Assembly (NCBI GenBank): GCA_050953065.1
Contig: JBMNLZ010000003.1
Span: 352,001-416,000 of the forward strand
Source of the DNA: Bacilli bacterium
GTDB taxonomy: Bacteria > Bacillota_I > Bacilli_A > ML615J-28 > CAG-698
DNA: 64,000 bases
Direction: 5' to 3'
The notes beneath the pieces are model-generated. The model was not told the origin of the DNA. It was given only the letters and a program-made list of their open reading frames with translations, and did not search any database. Both the position numbers and the translations under genes were made by a program. Positions 34,378 through 43,871 of this stretch are shown in pieces; positions within the stretch are counted from its first letter, which is position 1, and every line of letters starts with the position of its first letter.

Positions 34378-35940
34378 TTAAAAAACTTTAACTGGCAAAA
34401 TTCCTCTAGTGCCAATTTCTTTTTTCAAAAACTTAACTAAAGTTCTAATAGAATTAGGAGTATATTCATATAAACAAGAATAATTTTTAACATTTCTCAT
34501 TTCTAGAATATCATATGGATTTCTAAATGATATTACATAAACTTCCCTTCCCTTTTCTAGAAGAAGATTAACCAGTTTTGCTTGAGACGGAAAACTTTTT
34601 ACATTATATGTACAAACTAATACCTCACGAGCTGAACTTGCTTTTTCTGCTAGTTTTTCTATCTCAATATCTGTCATAATTAAAGGCATTTCAAAACATT
34701 TAACCTTAGGCAATTCTTGTTTAACTACTTCAACAAGGTTTCTAGAAGAAAGCCTATCTTCTGCAATCGTAGTTGCAAAAGGTGTTGGAGCAAAAATTAC
34801 ACTATCATCTAACAGTTCAAATGAATTTCCCATCACTTTAGTTAAAGATTCATCAACTATTCTTTGAGCTACTCTTTTATGATTAAAATTGTCAACCTTT
34901 GCTTTTGCGTAATCAAAATCAAAATTATAATAATGCTTATTTAAAGATTTTATTGCTTCATTCTTAGCATCTAAAATACGCTTAACTTTTGCATCAATTG
35001 CATCCATCGGTATTTCATTATTTAAAACTGCTTTTTCTAATAATTCTAAAGCTTTAATTTGCTTTGATTCAGTTTGTGAGATACATGCTAAATCAAGTCC
35101 TGCTTTAATCCCCATCACTGTTCCTTTTTCAGTTGTATAAATATCATCAATTGCTTTCATTTCCATACAATCGCTTACTATTAAACCTTTAAATCCTAAC
35201 TCTTTTCTAAGCAAGTCTGTTAAGACTTCTTTAGATAAAGTTGCTGGCATATTATTAACAGTATATTCTTTAAAATCGATATGAGCAGACATTATTGCTT
35301 TCACACCACTATCAATTGCAGCTTTAAAAGGCACTAATTCAACTTCTTCAATTCGCTTCCTACTGTGAGTAATTCTTGGTAGACCAAGATGAGAATCAAC
35401 ATTTGTATCTCCATGTCCTGGAAAATGTTTTGCAGTTGCAATTACACCTTCCTCTTGAATTCCGTTAATAAAAGAAACACCATATTGAGCAACCTTAGTA
35501 GGATTATCTCCATAACTTCTAACCCCAATTACAGGATTAGCAGGGTTATTGTTAACATCTAAAGACGGTGCTAAATTCATATTGATACCAAGGGCTAATA
35601 ACTCCTCCCCCATAATCCTACCAATCTCATAAGCATCATCAATACAAGTTGCTCCAAGCGTCATATTCCCAGGGCAAAAAGTTGCTCCTTCCATAATTCT
35701 AGTAACCATTCCACCTTCTTGATCAATTGTAATCAGAGGGATTGTATTTGTTGCTTCTTTTACTTCTTTATGAATTCTTTGACATAATTCATATAATTGC
35801 TTAATTGATTTAATATTTCTCGCAAACAAAATAACATTAGCTACCTTATATTCTCTAATCATTTTCTTTAAATGATCATTAAATTCATAGCCATGAAAAC
35901 CTATAATTAATAACTGACCTAATTTTTCTTTTAAATTCAT
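34378..35940 (-). CDS. nagZ: GH3 beta-N-acetylglucosaminidase (two-domain NagZ), no signal peptide
   Basis: IDQEGG, NagZ signature KHFPGHGDTNVDSH, nucleophile VSDCM. Confidence 0.9.
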   Translation of the reverse strand: MNLKEKLGQLLIIGFHGYEFNDHLKKMIREYKVANVILFARNIKSIKQLYELCQRIHKEVKEATNTIPLITIDQEGGMVTRIMEGATFCPGNMTLGATCIDDAYEIGRIMGEELLALGINMNLAPSLDVNNNPANPVIGVRSYGDNPTKVAQYGVSFINGIQEEGVIATAKHFPGHGDTNVDSHLGLPRITHSRKRIEEVELVPFKAAIDSGVKAIMSAHIDFKEYTVNNMPATLSKEVLTDLLRKELGFKGLIVSDCMEMKAIDDIYTTEKGTVMGIKAGLDLACISQTESKQIKALELLEKAVLNNEIPMDAIDAKVKRILDAKNEAIKSLNKHYYNFDFDYAKAKVDNFNHKRVAQRIVDESLTKVMGNSFELLDDSVIFAPTPFATTIAEDRLSSRNLVEVVKQELPKVKCFEMPLIMTDIEIEKLAEKASSAREVLVCTYNVKSFPSQAKLVNLLLEKGREVYVISFRNPYDILEMRNVKNYSCLYEYTPNSIRTLVKFLKKEIGTRGILPVKVF

Positions 35941-35947
35941 AACTCAC

Positions 35948-37087
35948 CTAATATAATAAATATTTCTTTCTAGTTTTACCGAATTCTTTTGTTTCTTTAT
36001 CAATAATTGAAAATAGCTTATCTATCTCATATTTATCTTCAGTCACATACCCACAACCAGTATTATATTCTAACATTCTAGGGCGTCCTTCTACATATGG
36101 TGGTAGGACTTCAAAATCATTCGGATACATTCTTCTTACAACATAAAGCATTAACCATCCAACCTTAACAGCTTGAAATTTATTTTTATCTAAAACATGA
36201 ACTTCAACACCACCACATAATTTCTTTTCATTTTTTGAAAATACAGGTGTAAAATAAAGCGGTCGGAAATATACTCCAGGAAGCTTATAACTATTAAGTT
36301 TTTCCGCATAATCATTAGAATTTATCCAAGGAGCCCCAACATATTGAAATGGTGCCGTAGTCCCTCGTCCTTCAGATACATTAGTTCCTTCAAAAATACA
36401 AGTTGCATTATAAACAACAGCCGAAAGCGGTGTTGGAAGGTTAGGTGAAGGCATCACCCAAGGAAGAAGAGTTTCTGAAAAATACATTTCTCTTTTATAA
36501 TTTTTCATCAAAATCATATGAAGTTTACATCCGATTTCATATTCTTCATTAAACAGCTTAGCAAGCTCTGCAATAGTTAAACCATGACGTTGTACAATTG
36601 GATAATATCCAACAAAAGAACGATATTCTAAATCTAAGATATTTCCTTCAAAATCTTTAGCATTAACCGGATTTGGCCTATCAAAGATAACAAACTCTTT
36701 ATCATATTCTTTACATGCCATCATAGCATAAGCCATTGTATAGATATATGTATAAAATCTAGATCCAGCATCTTGAATATCCATACATAAAATATCAATC
36801 CCATCCATCATTTCTTGAGTTGGCCTTCTAGTTTGTCCATATAAACTATGAACAATACAACCACTTTCTGGATCAAAATAAGTTTCTAATTTTTCACCAG
36901 CTTGAATATTTCCTCTAACGCCATGTTCTGGCGAAAAAAGTGCTACAAGATTTGTTTTTTCTTTTAAAACTTCAATTGAAGATCTAAAATCACTTGTCAT
37001 TCCAGTTGGATTTGTAATTAAGCCAACTCTTTTACCTGAAAAAAGATTTAAATATTCACCAATTCTTTCAATCCCTAATTTTACCAT
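35948..37087 (-). CDS. namZ: Exo-beta-N-acetylmuramidase NamZ family (DUF1343/YbbC)
   Basis: GLITNPTG, LFSPEHG, SLYG, DIQDAGSRFYTY, DRPNP, PSPNLP, FEGTNVSEGRGT. Confidence 0.9.
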   Translation of the reverse strand: MVKLGIERIGEYLNLFSGKRVGLITNPTGMTSDFRSSIEVLKEKTNLVALFSPEHGVRGNIQAGEKLETYFDPESGCIVHSLYGQTRRPTQEMMDGIDILCMDIQDAGSRFYTYIYTMAYAMMACKEYDKEFVIFDRPNPVNAKDFEGNILDLEYRSFVGYYPIVQRHGLTIAELAKLFNEEYEIGCKLHMILMKNYKREMYFSETLLPWVMPSPNLPTPLSAVVYNATCIFEGTNVSEGRGTTAPFQYVGAPWINSNDYAEKLNSYKLPGVYFRPLYFTPVFSKNEKKLCGGVEVHVLDKNKFQAVKVGWLMLYVVRRMYPNDFEVLPPYVEGRPRMLEYNTGCGYVTEDKYEIDKLFSIIDKETKEFGKTRKKYLLY

Positions 37088-37787
37088 TTTCTTCCTCTCC
37101 TTCTAAATCAAATTTATCGACTGTTTTTATATCATCTTCATTATCAGATAAATACCAATATACTCCCCTTGTTAAGTTATAAGAAACAAAAAGCGGTCCA
37201 CTAATACCAATTAAAAACCAGAAAGGTATTAAAAACTTAACTAAAATCGCTCCTATACTTAAAGCCCACACTAAAAATAAAATAAAGGTTGTAAAGAAAA
37301 ATTTTAAACACATATAAAAACTCATTTTTAATGTATCTTTAACAGAAAAGTTAAAATAAGTCATCACCATTGGTAAATGTATTAACATTAGCCCAACAAT
37401 AAACATACAAAACAACATATAAAAAAAACCAACTGCATAGACTAAACTAAAATCTTTAAAACTAAAATTAGCCTCTAACAAACTAGGTGCATAATACCAC
37501 ACAGCAAAACCTAAAATTAAAAAAATACTTAAAAATATTAAAGTAATAAAAATTGTTTTTTTAAAATCATATGCCATATTCTTAAAATAAATTTTAAAAA
37601 TATTACCACTTTGTTTACCTTCTTTAAAATCTTTTATAGTTCTAAAAGTAGCAAGATATGATGGAATAAAACCTATAAAAGCAGTTACTGCCGAAATAAA
37701 AATTATAATTACATTCATAACTATCAATCGCCAAAGCCAATCAATAAAACTAAAGCCTCTGCTATTGACAAACTTTTCCATATCCAT
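37068..37787 (-). CDS. YesL/DUF624 family membrane protein
   Basis: Four or five TM helices with the pattern DWLWRLIVMN...GFIPSYLATF. Typical of sugar ABC loci. Confidence 0.65.
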   Translation of the reverse strand: MDMEKFVNSRGFSFIDWLWRLIVMNVIIIFISAVTAFIGFIPSYLATFRTIKDFKEGKQSGNIFKIYFKNMAYDFKKTIFITLIFLSIFLILGFAVWYYAPSLLEANFSFKDFSLVYAVGFFYMLFCMFIVGLMLIHLPMVMTYFNFSVKDTLKMSFYMCLKFFFTTFILFLVWALSIGAILVKFLIPFWFLIGISGPLFVSYNLTRGVYWYLSDNEDDIKTVDKFDLEGEEENGKIRD

Positions 37788-37852
37788 AGTTTTCCCTCGT
37801 TTTAAAAAACTAAACTATTAATATTATACCATAGAACCTAACTATAAACAAT

Positions 37853-37881
37853 AAAAAAACTGTGTCTTGCGACACAGTTTT
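37853..37881 (-). terminator. Terminator after the SBP gene
   Basis: AAAACTGTGTC-TTGC-GACACAGTTTT. Confidence 0.8.
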
Positions 37882-37891
37882 CATTATTATA

Positions 37892-39541
37892 TTATCCAAA
37901 TTTTCTAAGTAAAGCAGCTTCAACAACTGGTGCCACTGTAGACAATGTTTGTTGATAGTCTCCACCTTGGATAACTGTTCTTAAAGCAGGGCCTAATCCA
38001 TCAGGTTGTGTAAATGAATATACACCTTCAAGTGGATCATAGAAATATCTTAAGTTAACTGGATTATCACCTTTATCATTAACATACATAATAGCCTTAA
38101 CGCTTTCTGGGTCATCAGTTAATCTTTGAGCATTTTGTAATCTCAAGTCATACTCATCATAACCAGGAGCATTTAGAACGTTTTCTCTAGTTAACAAGTA
38201 CATTTCATTAATAGCACGATAAACTGCTTCTTGGTCAGCATCACGTCCAGTAGCCATAATGTAAACAGCCTCATCTGGCATCGCTACTCTAACGTCTGCT
38301 TTTGACATTCCATCAGCATATGGGAATGGAACATAACCAATATCAAATAAACTATCACGATAAGTTTTCCATCTATTTTCAGCATTTAAGAACCAGAATT
38401 GTCCTGGACAGAAAATTGCATTTCCTGTATTAAATGCTACTGAACCAGCATCATGATTCATTGCAGGATCGAATGCGTTTGCTGCATAGATATCTGTTAA
38501 TATTTGAGCTGCATTAACACAGTTTTCATTTTGATAGTCAACGATTAAGTTGTCAAGGTTAGCAACTTTAACACCAGAAGAAATACTCATACCATACCAG
38601 TAATAAATTCCATGGCCTGATAATGCATATTGTCCTTCTTCACTCATTTTAGCTTGAGCAGCTAATGCCCATGCTTTAAAATCTGAATATGTCCATTCAT
38701 CATCATTGAATTTCTTAGCAGGTGTATCTAATTCAAGTTGATTTACTAAGTCTAAGTTATAGAATAAACCATTAATTAATCCAGATCCAGCATTTGTCAT
38801 ACCATATAATTTTCCTTTATATGTACAAGCTTGACGGAATGCAGCATCCATCTTATCTTCACCATAAGTTCCATACAAATCAGTTAAATCAACTACAGAA
38901 CCACCTTCAACAAAATCAGGAATCCAGTCACTTCCAACAATATAGAAGTCTGCTTCAGGAGTTCCTAAAGAAGCTTGTAAGTTGATATAGTCAATACGAG
39001 TTTGTCCCCATTCAGCTCCAGCTGGATAGTCAATAACTGTAATATCACAGTTATACATTTCTTTTACAGCAGTGAAAGCAGCTTTCTTAGCTTCCTTATC
39101 ACTTGCAGCATAGTCTTCTTCATTGTTTGCATTACGATGGAAAGGATCATATTCGTTTTGCGCCTTTGCCATAATTGTAATTACATAACCTTGTAAGTCA
39201 GGGCGATCACCATCACCAGTACCAGTTCCTCTAACTGTAATTAAAACTGGTTGTTTCAAATCTGGATTAGCAACTGATGTAGCAGTGATTGAAACTCTAC
39301 CCGCTGAGATACCTTTAACTAATCCTGTGTCAGTAACAGTAGCAATTGCAGCATTACCGCTTTCCCATGTTACACTTTGATCAGCTTTCGCAGGTGTAAT
39401 TTTTGCAGTCAATTGAGTAGTAGCACTAATACTTACTGATAAATTACCAGTGATTTCAATTGCCTTAGGTTTTGCTTTTTTACATCCTACTAAAGCGAAT
39501 AAACTTACCATTAATAATGGTACAATAAGCCATTTTTTCAT
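37892..39541 (-). CDS. Carbohydrate ABC solute-binding lipoprotein with an N-terminal Big_2 domain
   Basis: Lipobox LVGC, VTWESGNAAIATVTDTGLVKGISAG, then SBP_bac_1 patterns YKGKLYG, LFYNLDL, WTYSDF, GYVPFP. Confidence 0.85.
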   Translation of the reverse strand: MKKWLIVPLLMVSLFALVGCKKAKPKAIEITGNLSVSISATTQLTAKITPAKADQSVTWESGNAAIATVTDTGLVKGISAGRVSITATSVANPDLKQPVLITVRGTGTGDGDRPDLQGYVITIMAKAQNEYDPFHRNANNEEDYAASDKEAKKAAFTAVKEMYNCDITVIDYPAGAEWGQTRIDYINLQASLGTPEADFYIVGSDWIPDFVEGGSVVDLTDLYGTYGEDKMDAAFRQACTYKGKLYGMTNAGSGLINGLFYNLDLVNQLELDTPAKKFNDDEWTYSDFKAWALAAQAKMSEEGQYALSGHGIYYWYGMSISSGVKVANLDNLIVDYQNENCVNAAQILTDIYAANAFDPAMNHDAGSVAFNTGNAIFCPGQFWFLNAENRWKTYRDSLFDIGYVPFPYADGMSKADVRVAMPDEAVYIMATGRDADQEAVYRAINEMYLLTRENVLNAPGYDEYDLRLQNAQRLTDDPESVKAIMYVNDKGDNPVNLRYFYDPLEGVYSFTQPDGLGPALRTVIQGGDYQQTLSTVAPVVEAALLRKFG

Positions 39542-39635
39542 TTTTCCTCCTCATTTTTCGTCTTTTTTTTTAAGAATTTCCTTAAGATAAGGTTTACATC
39601 AATATTATATAACAAATCAAAGATATTTGCAATAT

Positions 39636-40562
39636 TTAATTTAAATCTTTTTCCGTATAGATGTAGTTTTTCCATACTTCAAAGCCAAATTTTTGGTAAA
39701 ATTCTAAAAGCCCAGTCCAATCAATCATGATATCTGTAGTCTTAGTCTTTTTCAAAAGATTTAAAGCATAAGAGATAATATCCTTGCCTAAACCAAGTTT
39801 TCTATGAGATTCTTCTACTCCTAAAGGACCAATCCCAGTTAGTCTTTCAAACCTTTGATACCAAGTAATATTATATGGTTTTTTATTTAATTCTATTTGA
39901 TTGCATCTTAGAAATGCTACTACATCTGTATTTTCTTTAGATACGGCAACTATATATGATGCTTCAAAATCATTATGTTCAATAGCATCAAGCCCCTCAT
40001 CATACCACCTTTTAGAAAAAGTTTTTAATAAATCTAAAACTTTGTCTTTTTCTTCTAGCCTAGCATATCTAAAAATAAAACCTTTATCTAATACCTCATA
40101 TGTTTTAGATAAATTATTTTTAACAATTAAATCATGTGTATAGCGGCTCATCTTATATCCCTTTTTCTCAAACCAAGGACAACTTAAATTTACAAAATCA
40201 CTTGGAATTCCTGGAAAAAAGTTATCATAATCTGAACCTACTTTAATTTTATTAACTTTTTTTTCTTTAAACTCTTCTTCTAGTTTTAAAAGTAAATTAC
40301 TTCCTACTCCTTGGTGTCTTTCTTTTTTTGAAACATAAAATAAACTAATCCAACCAAGAAGGGTTTCTTCATTTATTTTACTAATAATAAAGCCTATTGC
40401 CTTTTCTTCTAAATATGCAATATAACTAGAAAATAAATATTTGCTTTCTAAAACTCTTTTTAAGAAAATCTCTTCAGCAATAGGATAAATAAACCCCACT
40501 TCACCATTCCATAAAGATAAAACATCTTTATAATTAGTAAGATTTAATTTCTTAATTTCCAT
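39636..40562 (-). CDS. Tandem-GNAT N-acetyltransferase
   Basis: Two AcCoA motifs (RHQGVG, RKLGLG) and FYQKFGF. Start moved to the ATG at 40562 next to the nagB stop. Confidence 0.85.
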   Translation of the reverse strand: MEIKKLNLTNYKDVLSLWNGEVGFIYPIAEEIFLKRVLESKYLFSSYIAYLEEKAIGFIISKINEETLLGWISLFYVSKKERHQGVGSNLLLKLEEEFKEKKVNKIKVGSDYDNFFPGIPSDFVNLSCPWFEKKGYKMSRYTHDLIVKNNLSKTYEVLDKGFIFRYARLEEKDKVLDLLKTFSKRWYDEGLDAIEHNDFEASYIVAVSKENTDVVAFLRCNQIELNKKPYNITWYQRFERLTGIGPLGVEESHRKLGLGKDIISYALNLLKKTKTTDIMIDWTGLLEFYQKFGFEVWKNYIYTEKDLN

Positions 40563-40563
40563 A

Positions 40564-41286
40564 TTATAAAAGACTAGCTGCGTCTTTATCAACTATAACA
40601 ATTACATCTTTATGATTCTTTAAAACTGATGCAGGGAAAGCCTCAGTAATCTCACCCTTTACTAAAGACTTAATTGCTTCTGCTTTTGATTTTCCAGATG
40701 CAATAAGTAAGATTTTTTTAGCCTGCATTATGTTTTTAATTCCCATAGTAATTGCACTAGTTGGAACTTCATCAATACTATTAAAGAATCTCTTATTATC
40801 TTCACGAGTTTTTTCTGCTAAAGTAACGATAAATGTTTCTTGGCTAAATGGAGTCCCTGGTTCATTAAAACCAATATGTCCATTTCCACCAATTCCTAGG
40901 ATTTGTAAGTCAATACTAGCTTTAGCTAACAACTTATTATAATCATCACAAAGTTTATTTAAATCTTTACCATTTCCTTCTGGAATATGAATATTTTCTT
41001 CTTTTATATCAATATGATTAAATAAATTTTCATGCATAAAAGTATAATAACTTTGAGAATGATTTTTATCTAAATTACAATATTCATCTAAATTATACGT
41101 TTTAACATCTTTAAAAGAAATCTCACCTTTTTTATATGACTCAATTAAATTTTTATAAAGGCCAATTGGTGAAGACCCAGTTGCTAACCCTAATGTACAA
41201 CTAGGTTTTGTTTTAATTAATTCAATTAAAATTTTTGCTGCTACTTGACTTAATTCTTGATAATCTTTAACTTCAACTATTTTCAT
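40564..41286 (-). CDS. nagB: Glucosamine-6-phosphate deaminase
   Basis: LGLATGSSP, NLDEY, LGIGGNGHIGFNEPG, AITMGI, PASVL. Confidence 0.97.
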   Translation of the reverse strand: MKIVEVKDYQELSQVAAKILIELIKTKPSCTLGLATGSSPIGLYKNLIESYKKGEISFKDVKTYNLDEYCNLDKNHSQSYYTFMHENLFNHIDIKEENIHIPEGNGKDLNKLCDDYNKLLAKASIDLQILGIGGNGHIGFNEPGTPFSQETFIVTLAEKTREDNKRFFNSIDEVPTSAITMGIKNIMQAKKILLIASGKSKAEAIKSLVKGEITEAFPASVLKNHKDVIVIVDKDAASLL

Positions 41287-42781
41287 TTATACCTCCAATT
41301 TTTACTGGCAATTTTCCTTTTGCCTTATTTTTTCCATATATAATATTCTTACATGCTTCTAACATGTAACTAGATACCTCATACAAACAAATGTAGTTTT
41401 CAACACCTTCTAAATACATTACATCATAAGGTGATCTTAGACTAATTACAAGTGTCTTCTTTTTATCTAATTCTTTAAATATTTTAGTTTGATAATCTTC
41501 ATCACTTACATTATAAGTAATTAAAATTATTCTTTCATATTCTAAAACTTTCTCTCTAACTAAATCTAAATTACTTAAATCTTCGTCAATAAATATTTCC
41601 TCGCCATTAAAATAATCACTAAACTTAAAATTATCAGGATTATTGTTATCAACTAAACTAGACATTTTAATTTTTGGTGAGATTATTAAACATTTATTTG
41701 TTTCATCTAACGGCAATATTTCATCTAAAACAACTGTTACAGCATCAGTTGAAACCTCTTTTGTTAGAGCATCATCTATTTTTATTTTATTTTCAACCCT
41801 ATTACAATATTTACCTTTAAGATTAATTATTTTTCGGTATGATTCTTCTATTCTTTCAACAGGAATCTTTCCTTCTTCAACTAATCTTACAAAAGTATTA
41901 AAAACATTTAATTGATCTTCTAATATAGCTTGTCCACAAAAAACAAGCATATCACATCCTGCCATCACAGAATTATAAATAACCTCTTCTAACAAATAAT
42001 TCTTACTAATTGCTTGCATTGTTAAGGAATCTGTAACAATTAACCCTTTAAAGTTTAGTTCATTAATTAAAAAATCTCTCACAATATTTTTAGATAAACT
42101 TGCAGGGTAAGTATCAAAACTAGAATAGATGATATGAGACATCATAACCCCATCAATTCCTTGTTCTATTGCTTCTTTAAAAGGAATGATTTCTCCTTTT
42201 AAAACATCTTCTCTAGATAATCCTACTCGAGGAAGTCCTAAATGCGAATCTACATTGGTATTACCATGCCCTGGAAAATGTTTTATCGTAGCAAGTAATC
42301 CCGCATCTTGAAACCCTTTAAATGCAGCAGTTGCATATTCTTTAACAACATTAAAATTATCCGAATAACTTCTTGCATTAATTACAGGATTATAAGGATT
42401 ATTATTAACATCTCCAACTGGAGCAAAGTTAATATTAAAACCTAAACTTTTTAAATCTTTGCCTGTTTTTAAACACAAATCATAAGTTTTAGTTGTTCTA
42501 GATGCTGCTAATGCCATTGCTCCTGGTAGATGATTAATAGAGGTAAGTCTTCTAACATAGCCTCCTTCTTGATCTACACAAATAAAAAGTGGAATTTTAG
42601 CTTTTTCTTGCATTATATTATTTAATTCTAAAACTTGTTCATTTGAATCAATGTTATGTTTAAAATATACAATCCCACCAACTTTAATTTTTTCAACTAA
42701 AGTTTTAAGTTGCTTATTATAAGTATTGCCCTTAAATGAAAAACAAAGCATTTGGGCTATTTTTTCTTTTAGTAATTTCAT
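41273..42781 (-). CDS. Second GH3 NagZ-family beta-N-acetylglucosaminidase, no signal peptide
   Basis: VDQEGG, KHFPGHGNTNVDSH, VTDSL. Confidence 0.88.
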   Translation of the reverse strand: MKLLKEKIAQMLCFSFKGNTYNKQLKTLVEKIKVGGIVYFKHNIDSNEQVLELNNIMQEKAKIPLFICVDQEGGYVRRLTSINHLPGAMALAASRTTKTYDLCLKTGKDLKSLGFNINFAPVGDVNNNPYNPVINARSYSDNFNVVKEYATAAFKGFQDAGLLATIKHFPGHGNTNVDSHLGLPRVGLSREDVLKGEIIPFKEAIEQGIDGVMMSHIIYSSFDTYPASLSKNIVRDFLINELNFKGLIVTDSLTMQAISKNYLLEEVIYNSVMAGCDMLVFCGQAILEDQLNVFNTFVRLVEEGKIPVERIEESYRKIINLKGKYCNRVENKIKIDDALTKEVSTDAVTVVLDEILPLDETNKCLIISPKIKMSSLVDNNNPDNFKFSDYFNGEEIFIDEDLSNLDLVREKVLEYERIILITYNVSDEDYQTKIFKELDKKKTLVISLRSPYDVMYLEGVENYICLYEVSSYMLEACKNIIYGKNKAKGKLPVKIGGINENS

Positions 42782-42808
42782 AATGTGCCCCTTAATTTAG
42801 ATTATAAG

Positions 42809-42842
42809 ATAAAAGATGTCATTTAATAAATGACATCTTTTA
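42809..42842 (-). terminator. Terminator at the end of the ABC uptake operon
   Basis: ATAAAAGATGTCATTTA-A-TAAATGACATCTTTTAT. Confidence 0.75.
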
Positions 42843-42848
42843 TTTAGA

Positions 42849-43871
42849 TTAACCAACAATACCTGTTCTTTCAATGCTCTCAACAAATAATTTTTGAACA
42901 AAGAAATAAGCTATTAGTAATGGTAACATCATTAACAATGCCATGGTATTACTTAAAAGTCCTAAGAATTGCGAACTTCTGATTATATCAACATCTATTC
43001 CAAGTCTATTCCAATAAGCCATATTACCACCGATAACTGTACTTGTGTTTTCAGCTAAACCAAATAATTTAGTACCTAAAACTGTAGTATATCTAAATAC
43101 TTGGGCGAAATAATAATCATTCCATTGCCAAACAAAAGCAAACAATCCAACAGTAACAATCGCACCACGAGCGTTTGGAAGCATTACACTCCAGAAAGTT
43201 CTAATAACACCCGCACCATCTATTTGAGCAGACTCTTCTAATTCAATAGGGACTCCCCTAAAGAATTGCCTAAAGATATATATAAAGATAGCAGACCTTA
43301 TCCCCATACCAAACGCTGACATGATATACATCGCAAACCATTTTCCAATGAGCATGATTCCAAAGAATCCATTATTAGAAAAATATAGCCTTCTTGCAAT
43401 ATTAAGTGTTTCATTTGGTACTACTAATGTAAATAACACGATAAAGAATATAATGTTATTTCCAGGAAATTTAAGTCTTGCAAATGAGTACCCTGCAACT
43501 GCCGTAGCAATTATTTGAATAAAAGTACTAATTGATGCTAACACTAAACTACCAAAGAATGAATCCACATAACTCATTAATTCCCAAGATAGTCTAATAT
43601 TTATTAAACTAAAAGTTTCAGGAATCCACATTACTCTTGGATTAGAAATATCTTGTGGTGCACGTAGTGCAAAACTAAATTTCTGGATTAGAGGTAATAT
43701 AATAATAAAACACAAACCAGTCAACAATAACATTCTTAACAAAATTGCGAAGAACATCAAAACCTTTTGGTTTCTAAGTCTTGCAGTGCTTGGATCTCTC
43801 CAAGCTGCAGCGAAATCACTTAACTTTTCTTTAAAAGTTTTCTTCATTACTTTATTCTCATTATTCGTCAT
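42849..43871 (-). CDS. Carbohydrate ABC permease (MalG-like)
   Basis: AGYSFARLKFPG, EAA loop ELEESAQIDGA, WQWND. Probable start at the ATG at 43871. Confidence 0.9.
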   Translation of the reverse strand: MTNNENKVMKKTFKEKLSDFAAAWRDPSTARLRNQKVLMFFAILLRMLLLTGLCFIIILPLIQKFSFALRAPQDISNPRVMWIPETFSLINIRLSWELMSYVDSFFGSLVLASISTFIQIIATAVAGYSFARLKFPGNNIIFFIVLFTLVVPNETLNIARRLYFSNNGFFGIMLIGKWFAMYIMSAFGMGIRSAIFIYIFRQFFRGVPIELEESAQIDGAGVIRTFWSVMLPNARGAIVTVGLFAFVWQWNDYYFAQVFRYTTVLGTKLFGLAENTSTVIGGNMAYWNRLGIDVDIIRSSQFLGLLSNTMALLMMLPLLIAYFFVQKLFVESIERTGIVG

